From positions 29,560-93,559 of the forward strand of contig CBFFRP010000107.1 in assembly GCA_965644295.1 (NCBI GenBank): a stretch of DNA of 64,000 bases, in the 5' to 3' direction. Numbering within the stretch: the first letter of the stretch is position 1; each line of letters starts with the position of its first letter. The notes under the pieces were generated by a model. The model worked only from the letters and a program-made list of their open reading frames with translations. It made no database searches and had not been told where the DNA came from. This DNA is from Paraphysomonas bandaiensis. Taxonomy: Eukaryota; Protista; Chrysophyceae. Of the stretch, positions 47,938 through 59,300 are shown piece by piece. A program made the translations under genes and the position numbers.

Positions 47938-50900
47938 ATGTCAGAGACCAAATCATTATATCACAGAACATCATCTCTGATTGATTTCGATGAGGATGAA
48001 TACGATAAAGTGATTGAGAAGTATTCAGTGAAGAAGATCGAAAAGACGAGACCGATATATGAGTTTGAGCCTGATAGTCCGGTTGAAATAATAACAGGAG
48101 CTGTAACGAAGATTGGTCATCGCGACATATCGAGCTGGGCGAGTTTGAGTAATCCAAGACGGTTATTATTTTGTACTATCAATGTAATATGTACTGACAC
48201 GAATTGCAGGTCACAAGAGCACAAGGTTTCGATAAGTAATCACAAACCATGCCGCCATGCAGCCACCAAAGCAAAGGGTGCTAAATTATTTTCAAGTATA
48301 AAGAGCCGCCCGAAACCGACCCTAGAACGCATTCCCACTATTATAGACGAATCCAGCGAGAAAGTTGAGTTTTTTTCACCCGAGAAATGGTATACGAATC
48401 AAACTATGTCTGTGATATATGATATAACATAATATATCTGTCCAGTGAGAGTCTTAACCTTTCAAGGAGGCTGGCAGATCCTCCTGCTAAGACCTTTGTC
48501 GGAGTTTTTGATGTCCCTGACGAGGTATTTCAGAAGGAAAATGACCAGAGTGGAAGTGAAAGTGATGGCTCGACATCGTCATCGTGCCCGAGTCGTCGTC
48601 CAAGTGGCAGCAGTATGGTCAGCGACTTAACCTTGCCCAAGATATTTGAAACAGATCATGAAAAAGCTGCTTCTCGTGCTGCTGAGGCTCTAATGGGCTA
48701 CTCAAAGAAAAACCGATCATACGCTCGGCAGTCGACAACTCTCAAGAATTTCAGAGTTAGAGATCGCCGAATATCTTATCTCAAACTACAGAAGCGTAAA
48801 AATGTGAGTGCGGCGGCCTCACAGTCGAGGTACCACATGACTCGACAGGGGTGTCGGCATGGCCTACCCTCACTATCTCCAGAAAAGACTCCCAAATACT
48901 TTGGTGAGCAGTCTCGGGTGTATCTGTACGACACCTACCGAGATTTAGACCACATACGGAAACAACTGCGGAGTGCTCAGGACGATATAGAGGAATTTGT
49001 GTCGGTCCCTCAGCCTGACTTGGACCAAGAGATAGACGAAGTATCTCTTAGTGCTGGAAACGAATGGGCAAATGAATACTATGAGGAAAAAAGCAATAGT
49101 ACCGGACATGTGACATTGCAGCCCTTAGGGCTGGTTTGCGATTCCCGCTCCCTGACATCAGTATCCTCTCAACACTCCAAGCGTACTTTCGACCCCTCCT
49201 CTCCACGAGCAAAATATCTTGCTGCTTGTCTGAAACAGAACATCCCCCCTAGAGCTGCTATGATCCTCCGTGATAAGGAGACTACCTCGCTATGGTTGGA
49301 TCACCAAGGCATGGGAGACCAGCTCGGGATTGTGTTCGCTAAGGGTCTAGCTGATCTGCCGAATGTGACATCGGTGAATCTTACAGATAACAATCTTACC
49401 GATAAGAGTCTTACAGTTCTTATCAACACAATAGCTACGAAGCCATCTATCACAGAACTGAATTTGTCCAACAATGTGGTAGGGTCTGATGCTGCGGATG
49501 CACTGGCAACTTATCTTAGAGACCCTTCCTGTACGATCAAGAAGCTTGTCCTTCGGGCCGCTAATGTGGACGACTCAGAATGTCACAAGTTTGTTGACGC
49601 TCTGGGATATAACCGTGTACTGGAGGTTATCTTTCCATTTTAATGTACTCTTTTTTTAACGTTATCATTACATGGTAGGAGCTGGATATGTCAGAGAACT
49701 TGCTGGGTAAGGACGAAAATCTGAATGCTGTCAAGCCGGATATTATAACTGCTGGAGAAAGTTTAGCCGTTTTGTTACATGATTGTCGGTGTCCCCTACA
49801 GTCCCTCAAGATTGCCTGGAATATGATCAGGATGGAGGGAGCCATGGAATTTTGTCGTAGTCTCCAGTACCAAAGGCATCTGAAGCATCTGGACATATCA
49901 TTTAATTCTCTCGGGAGGGAGAGTGGAGTTGTCCTTGGCAACGCGCTTTTAGACAATGAGGTATTTTTTTATCGGTATTTTTGTGTTCATACTTCTAATA
50001 AATGTTTGATTAGATTCTCGAAGAGTTATACATAGCGAACAACAATATCGATGGGGCTGCCTGTTTTGCCATTTGTGTTGGTATTCGTGAGGGACGATCA
50101 ATGAAATATTTGAACATTGATGGAAACCCGGTAAGTACACTACTTCATGTGATGAATTTCGAAAATTTTCTGAAGTATATAACATTAATTCCAGATTGGC
50201 GAAGCTGGAGGCCGTATATTGATGACCTTGCCGGTATCGTGTGGGGCTAGAGTTACATTCAGCGCGAAGGGGTGTGATTTCAACATGCACCAAGAGGCGT
50301 GCTGGTTTGATAAAACATGTAAAAAACCTCGTTCGTTTCTAATATTAGTGTGGTCTAATTTCTTTTCTGTAGCACCTACTGGTGATTTTGAACTTGACAT
50401 GGAGGATGGGTACGAACTGGCAGTGTTCTACGAGCTGCTAGACATCGTTGCTAAGCACCCATCGTACACATTCGCAAAGGTAGAATACGGTTATGACAGA
50501 GAAACTAAACACTGGGATGAAATCCACCTATGCCCTCTCGCAGAAAAGAACACTAAGCTCAGCGCGTCTGAAGCCAACCACTTAGCTAAACTGAAAAGGT
50601 CTGTACAACTAGCTCAGGATTTAGATATGTGTAAGAAATATTTTGAGGTACGGACAATTCTATTTACAACTTGGGTGTAATATTGTTTGTCAGCTATGCG
50701 ATGTTGATAATTCAGGAGAGCTCTGTGAGTTTGAGTTTTTCGATGTCGTGGACAAGATTGGATTCGCACTAACAGAAAGGCAAAAGGCATCAGTAATGTC
50801 TATTTATGATACGGATCACTCTGGGGCGATTCAAATAGAAGAGTTCATTGACTTTATATCTGAGGTTGGCTTTTCTTCTGGTCATATATGGTCTGGCTTA

Positions 50901-53066
50901 TGTTGTTGTTGTTGCATGTTTCAGGTAGGGAGAGATTCCGCACTTCGGGTTCGTGATATTGAGACTATTGCACGATGTGCTGAAGCGAAGGACCCCAAGA
51001 AGAGATATATTCCACCTCGCCGTGGGATATTTCGAGTATCGGTGGTGGACAGTTACGTCTTCGGTGACGATTGCAGAGCCCTCACTTCAGAACAGGTAGT
51101 ATACGGAACCTTGTTATCTCAACCATTTGCTGAGCTGATATGTTTTCAGTGTGAGAATCTTGTTAACATGGCCAAGAACACCTCCGATGCTGCTCGCCTG
51201 CTTCAGTACGCCGCTCAAAGTGACCAGTTACGCATGGATGAAGCGCAAGAGATTTTCAATCACGTGGTGAGTGAGAGTGGAGATCCCGCTGGTACGATGG
51301 CTGTCATCCTTCCGCATATGGCCTCTGCAGCCGAATCGAAGAATATGACAAGTGTATGTGCTCCTGATGATGAGGTTACAAGGAGACGTATCAGAGCACA
51401 GCTGGGTAATGCATACAAAGCGATAATGGGACTCGCCGATGGATTTTATGCTCTCGATTTAAGCAAAGAATCTGATAGACTCTGTATGACGAAGCTTTTG
51501 GAAATCAGCACCACTTGTGCTGCCAGGAGGAGGCAAATGGGACTCGGAGATGTTAGCCAGGACGGAAATTGGTCCAGCTTTAGAAATGAGTACTTTTCAG
51601 GCCGTGAAGTCCGCCTAACATCATCTTTTCTAACACCTATGCCAGAGTTTGGAAAAATTGAGTTCGACTTTGTCGGATCGGAGCGCCCCTCTCCCAATGT
51701 GGTATGTATAACTGACAGAAAATTGGTTCAAACTCTCGTACAACTCAAGTTACTCACTGTCAAGCACGTACACTGGGCTTACGATGAGTTGAGTGATATG
51801 CGGTCAGCATGCAAAAAGGCGTTGGTATGTCCCGGGGCATCACCCTACTGGCAGGCTAGCATAGGACGAGTTCGTGAGGCCCAGGACTACAAGTACAAAA
51901 TATATAGTGAACTCCACCTTCGGTCCGAACAGTTGGAAAAGGCCTCTAAACGAGAGCAGTTTTATTCTCAGATGGCAGCCAGCAAACCGCGTAAAACCAG
52001 TGTTCCGTCTGTTCTCGCCGATGGTGTCAACTTCCTGCTGGATGAGTTCGAGGTAGAGGACGTGGTGCCTGTGACTATGGACAATGCCGCTAGGACACCG
52101 CTACATAAATCTGAAGGTTACTCTGAATGGGACGACGATAAGGAATGTGTAGAAGGTGAACGCACAGAAAATGGTGTTGAGGCAGAAGCGGCTACATCAT
52201 CTCGTACTCGAGAGAAGACCCCGTCTTCGTCTCGACGGAAGGCAAAAAGGTCTGCAAGCAAAGAGGTAATGTATGAGAACGGTCAAGCAGCCTGTGCGAA
52301 TTGTGCTCGCATTGTGGATGACATGGAGCAAGCCTTTGCGACGAAGTGGATCTATGCCCGTCATTTGGCCCTGATCGCGAAGTGTTTCCGTACAGGCACT
52401 CTGAAGAAGACTGATTTTGGGACTTACCGTGTGGAATTAATTGTGTCCCTTTTCTGTAGAATCAAGGATAGCCACAATTTCGATCTCGTTCTGGCTAGTG
52501 TCACAGCAGAGGAGCATGGAATGCTGATGGCACGACTTGGAATACTAAATATATTTGACCCACTGAGACCCGAAGGCGGGTTTTGTCTAGACCTCAGCAC
52601 GTGGGAGGAGAGACAGGCAAGTTTGATGATACTATATTCATTTTGTTTGATATCTAATTGCTAGGTTGTTAAAATGCTTGTACATTTTGCTGCTGTTGAG
52701 CCGGGTGTGAATTGGTGGACACAGGCTTTTCAATTTGATAGGAGTATGAAGCGTATACCTGGATGGGAGCTACCAGTAACGTGGTACTCTGAAGAAGGAC
52801 TGCCAAAGAAAGGGCTTCTGTCTCTTATGTACTATGCTGGAAGTGGGCTAAAAATGCACGGCTGTTCAGCAGTGAAACGGGACAGACAGGCACTTTTGTC
52901 CCTTGTGCTTCACCGAGCATCACTAGTTCGTTTGGACGACACTGGGCTGAGTCCTTTTACTGATGGCATGGAGCACTGTACTCTGGAGGCTGCGAATCAG
53001 CTGTTGCTACAATGTGGAGCTGATATAAAATGGAATTATGACCCTGTTTCTGACCGTCACGAATAG
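47938..53066 (+). CDS. Large LRR (RI-like) + EF-hand protein; multi-exon, 5' structure uncertain
   Basis: LRRs VTSVNLTDNNL, ITELNLSNNVVG and LKHLDISFNSLG; EF-hands DVDNSGELCEFEF and DTDHSGAIQIEEF; consecutive ORFs joined by short introns. Confidence 0.8.
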
Positions 53067-54562
53067 TAGTGCGTTGGAACCCACGCTATGAGTAGATGAG
53101 TAGTGCTTTTATGTTGTTTGATGTGTTTAGTATTAGTCAATGTGTTCAATGTATATAATTATATGGATACTAAAGAGAATGATTATATAGAGCTTAATCT
53201 GTACTCTCTACAGCTATTTAGTGCTAGCATGGACGATGTACGAGAACCTCTGTGGTTAAGTTTATTAATGAACAGCCATATAAGACAAAAAACAGAAAAC
53301 TATACCTGTCATGGATATATACGGTAGTGAAGTACATCTGAAATCACTACCGTCTAATGGTGCAATGAATTCATATACACTATTGAATACTGTTGTACGA
53401 TGTGCTCTATTCTAGATTTGAACAGTGCACTGAAGTTGACTTTGCTATACACTTAAACCTTAATATTGCTGTGTTTAACACAATGCACTTTCAAGTAAGA
53501 AATCATAATTATTAATTATTAATCTAAACACTTCACAACATATTCATGTAACATCTGGTGAACATCTGTTTATCATATTTTTGCTTGTGGCCGACAGCAC
53601 CTCGACAACCAGCACCATCTCCACCACCGACTTACACTCTCATCTACATCTCGCCCCATCCACTCATCACATATCACATAACCCATGGCACAGGCCCACC
53701 AGACACATTGCCTAAAATCTCCCTCTGCCCTACGGTGGCAAATACCGTTCAACACAAAGTTTCACCTTATTAACCAGCTTTAAGCTCAATGTCCCTATTA
53801 AGGGTATGGATGAGTCATGTCAGTGTGCCTAGGGCCTCTTCTCCCTCTCTTCGGCCACATTTTGCTGATCACCTCGTCTCCGACAAATCTCTTGTTTTAC
53901 CACGTTGTACACGTTCCAAGCCTCACTGCCTGGCTTTGCGACTTCCACCCAACCTAACGGCTTCGGCTAAACCACGTGCCTGCACTAATGCAGCGCTTAC
54001 CGCATTCATATGCCATCACATCAGTAGACATCATAGTCTCACCTATCGAATTCTACGGTTACAACCACTCAAAACGTGGCTCGTGCGAGCAGGTCCACGC
54101 AAAAGATCCTCTGGTGCTCTCCATATGGTCACAGAATACTCTCGAACCCTCACAACTGAGCTACAGGGCTGCCTCCTGATGTCCACACAAAACAACCCAA
54201 CATGGTTTCTCTGTGGTCTATGCATCCAGCAGGTTACCCCCTCATTCTGTTCACCTATCACTCCCTCAGCCCATTCCTCTTATTGGACAGACACTGTATT
54301 CCGCATACGGTATATTCGGCTACTGTACTACAGTGCCCTACAGGATGTATACCACACAAAAACGGTGCTAGCATGCGGTACACCACGTAGCCCCGGACCC
54401 CATCAATACCCTACCAACACACACCCACTCAATCTTGCTGGTTATGAGTATATCACCTATGCAAGGCCCCAAAGTTCACGCTTAAGTCTCTTGCGTAACA
54501 ACACTCGGTTCACATACAGATATACACCAACACTCTTTAGAAGCAACTTCGACACAATTTCA

Positions 54563-56328
54563 ATGAAACGTGAAACAAATTCCAACACTTCCAGAACCTT
54601 CACCCCGAAGTTTGTTCTTCCCCCCTCATATCAACCAACCAACATTGATGCGCAGATCAATAATGCTATCAGAGAACAGAAGAAAGCCAAAGCTGACACT
54701 CCCCAGCTACAGCTCCCATCGGTACGCACCTTTCTGGGATGGGAAAATGATCTACCTGTGGGAGAGTACAAAACACTCGTCCTTACAAACATAAAAGCTG
54801 CTGATGATGCCACCTTCCTGGGGATAACACACTACCTTATCCATGAGTTGGGGTTTCCCATTCAACCCCCTACCCCCCAAGACATCGCTACCTTCAGGGC
54901 AGCCAAGGATGCACGAACGTGTTCAGACTTACCCGCTCCCACAGCGAGTAGGGTAGTCCGAGCGTTCGACCTAGGCAGACCTGGGTACGAAGTCCGACAG
55001 GGCATGGGAGCGAATGTTACCGCTGACTCATGTATGTACTCCTCCCCTCTATGCTTTGACCTCCATGTAGAAACGGGCACATCAGTCGATGACAAAGGCC
55101 TCCTTCGGACCGAACGCCGACATGTCCAGATATCACTTTTCCGAACGCCACGAGAACTCTTCGTGGGTCGCACCAAGGATGAGCCCTCGCTGATACCAGT
55201 GGCGGCTATATATGGGCTACATGCAGACTCAGCGCACACCAGACCTGCACATGCCTTTAGGTTACGAAACACGCTGGATATGCTTCTCCGAACGGGAGGT
55301 TTCCCCACGCCACCTCTATACGAAGTATTCTGGACTCTAACACACTATAGAGGCAAGACTCGAGCCACTGATAAAACATATAGGTTCTATCAGATTCTAT
55401 TACTCCACGATCCCATTCACGATCAGGATCTAAGAGCTAAATTCTATAAAGCACTCTTCAATAATGAAATAGGAGGACATGTCGAAATCAACCTCGGCTC
55501 ACTCTGTTGTAGAATGGTCAGCACTGAAACACCCACGCAAAAGCAGTCCAACTGGACACCGTCTCAAGAACTCTTCCGCATCGCTGTCTGCTCTGAAACA
55601 CTCCTATCTCCCATCCAAGTCTGGCAAGCCTGTGAGGCCATAGGTATCCCATCCACGGACATAGAGGACATCATTTGGACCGCCCGCAACCCACTCACAA
55701 GCGGGCGCAAAGAAAAAGAACGCTTAGTTGAACAAACCTACATTTACCTTGACGACAGGAATACCAAGATCAAACTCTGTTGGGAAATCTCACGCACAGG
55801 TATCGTGCCTTTACTGCGCAAAGCTCTGGGTGACGAAACTCTAAGGCTCCTCTATCACACCATAGCAGTCCCCCTGGCCTCCCTACTCAGCGGTTTCTAT
55901 ACGGCCTCCATAAGGCCCCAGACACAGCAACAAACGCCCCTCCCATAATACCGCCTCCAACGTCCCTTCAACCCTTCGGTCCAACTGTTGCTCCACAAAT
56001 GCAGACCGATACACCGCGATCGTACACTCCCAAACGACAGCGACAGATGGACACATCCCCATCAACAGAGCCAGCACCAGCTCCCACCTGCCCAGAGCTC
56101 TGCGAAATAGCTCTACACATCGCTTCAGATCTTGTACCTCTGTCAAAAATCCATGCCATCCTCGTGCAAATGGAAAACGCGGTTGCAGCTCTCTATGAGA
56201 TCGATGCTGGGGCGACTCTCACGGTACTTGATTACTATAAAAACAAGGTAGATCACAGTATCCCAGAAAGGTCCTCAGAAGAACACTCTCGGGTGGACTC
56301 GGACATCTTCGGCTCCGACTCCAACTGA
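54563..56328 (+). CDS. Putative ORF1 of the non-LTR element (one probable frameshift near 55945)
   Basis: Long ORF 53789..55948 (likely ATG at 54563, MKRETNS) continuing in 55999..56328, positioned upstream of pol. No domain recognised. Confidence 0.55.
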
Positions 56329-56376
56329 CTCCTACTGGACTGGGACACAACGAACATCAAACGTACACTCATAGAA

Positions 56377-59300
56377 GTGTCCGCAGCTGCTCACACGTGG
56401 TTATCCCCCAGTCCACACTTACATATCCATAGTTGGCCATCACCTCCTGACACAACGACCTTCGCCTGTAGCACCCACATGCGTCCACCACGTAAACCGC
56501 CAGACAAACAGTCGAGATCCACCAGTGTACATCCCACGAAAAGGCACCAAGGACCGCACTTTTCCTGTGATAATAGTGGTGATGGACCACGAAAACGGCC
56601 GGCCTCGACACAACGTAAGCGAAACAACCTCCGGCGGCTCAGTCGCAAACGAACTCTGCAACAATTTCGTGAAGGAACAATCCAGTCCCTCCCTCCACAC
56701 ATACAACGTCAACAGACACGAAACAAGCTCCGCATCCGTGCCCACAACAAGCAAGCATGGCGAGAGCATTTACAACACCTGGCACAACAGTGTGTAGACA
56801 CACACAACATCGTGACCACTCCTATACCTGACACAGCACCCACAGCTGTTACAGCACCCCCCGTCCAGAAGACTCCACACATACTATTTGCCTCCCTCCG
56901 CCCACAGTGGAGGACGAACAAGAGAGAACAATCACTGACACAAGTGTACTGCCTCAACTATTTGTGCCGCACCCTCTGCCAGCTGCCTTCACGGACCCCG
57001 GACTGCAGAATTGGTCCTTCTACTCGCCCAGCGGTCTGTTAGCCATTGCCATACACGAAGAGGTGGTTCACAGTGTCATGTCCATGCTACAATCGAGGCA
57101 CGCTTTAGAACGCATAGAACAGCACCTCAGATGTTCGCTTGAGGAGGGGAAAATGCTGGTTGCACGTCACTACACACACACAGAATACAACAACACACCA
57201 ATGGAGGGCTTCTGCGGACTAGCTGCTATTGCCGCAATATACCACAAACAACCGGAGGAGGACCACTACCCGTATTTAAATCCCGATGATCCAGCCTCGA
57301 AAGCAAAACTGCTCCAAGTCATTCAGACAAGCAGGACGGTACTTAGTACCTACACGCTCGCTGAAGCCAAGATGCTTAACTTTGCATGCATCCGGAAGAA
57401 GCTCCGACAGCAGCTAACAACGTACAACAAAGCACTACGCCGCAAACGACCAACTGCTGTCGGAATACCCCCAGAGCAATGGGGCTACACAGACATCATA
57501 GCCCTCCTGGCAGAAACCCTGAGTATACGAATTCGTATCTGGCAAGATTCACCAGTGGACCTTGGCCACAACTGGGCGTACTGGTCTACCCACCATTCCT
57601 CCTTCCTTCCACAAACTCAATTCCTTCCATCTTATGATGTGTTTTGCTCCAACGACCACTTCTTCCTGGACACCAAATACCCGGTGGAGTTGGAACTACA
57701 CGCGCTACTCGAGAGAATTCCTGACCTCGTCATCATGCGTCTCCAAAATGTGTTGCAATATCATTCCAAGGGAATGCAAGGAGTCCATCGTGCTAGGTCC
57801 ATCAACCATCCCTCCCACGCCCTTCAGGGGAAGGAATTCTCTTCCGATAACAGCGGTGACGGACCCAGCAAATCCACCCACACATTACCCTTACCCACTA
57901 AGGATGCCACCACACCGTATGCAACTCTATTTGACTATTTCCCAGTCAAACGGAGGCCACCTACCACCAACCCTACTCAACTGAACACCATGGGAACTCC
58001 AGCATTAGCCCCAGACGGCCCATCCTCACACTCCACTACCACTCCTGACATCAGGCCGGATGCACTGCCCAAGGACATTGCCACACACCCCCGACACTAC
58101 ACAGAGGGCTGGGGTCACACGCCCTTTCACTCCGATCTGCTGAACAACTGGGTTAGATACGATGAAACCCAAACCATTGCTGCCTCCCCACAGGGAAACC
58201 TTTTAAAAGAAATATATGCACACATGCTATCCCCTGCCTGTACAGACATATGGGAAGGATTCATAGCCAAGGCTTCCAGGACGGACAACTATGATCTCAT
58301 GATATCATTCACGCTACCAGAGCACAAATTGGATACCACGCACAGCGCCCTACTAGTTGCCCAGCATCTCGCGAATGGCAACAAACCCTGGGCAGACTCC
58401 ACTCATGTTGTATCTAGGCATGTGCGGACCCTTTGCCTGACAAAGGGTATTCCCTCAACAGCCACTGTTAGTCTCCGTAAGACACTCATGCAATATGAAT
58501 CCTCGACTCCACACACAGGACTACATCTAGACACGGAGGATTTCCAACTGCTACTCGATCTTCTCTCCATACCATACAGACTATGGGACGCTGTTCAACC
58601 GCACCTGGCGCCTGGTTGGGCACAGCTGTCACCATTCTCCAGACAGGCACTAACAGTGCACGCTTCTACCAACACTGTGGTAACCCATGACATCATACGC
58701 AGCCAGCATGGGTTTCACATACTCAATGCAACAAATATCCCCACCTGCATCATGCACGCTCTAACACGGACTCAGGAGCGGCTATCCTGTTTTCTACAAC
58801 ACCAGACCTCCAGACAGAGCACCACCATCCTCTGGACTTCTGAGCCGTCAACTGTACCACCTATGCTACATGAGCACAGAGAGCAACAGGAACAGAGGGA
58901 AGTAATTGCAGTCTCCTTGTCACCGAGAGCTCGACGTCAACTACGACAGATGAACCCCACGGACCGTCGACAACTCAGGCTCCATATGTGCGACATGAGC
59001 AGAGTCTACCGCCTCACCCTCAGACCCTCAGCCCTTCGCACACAACAACATATCCCTAGTGATGGGTACTGCGCATACAGCACACTCTATCATCTGCTAT
59101 ATTCTTGCTTCAAGCAGGCGACACACTCGCTCCTGTCTGAAATTAGACCTCAAACAACGCAAGGACCGTCACACGCTAGCATCTTTCATAAATACATTAG
59201 GCACCCAAGCGTTCGACATAATGCAACGGGAGTGCATGGCCCATCACACACTTCAGCCACTACGACATAAGTTAGATCACGCACAGGCCGCACTTTTAAT

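Noticed and set aside
56530-57866. Canonical 2A peptide call
   Set aside because: Lacks DxExNPGP; kept only as a non-canonical candidate.
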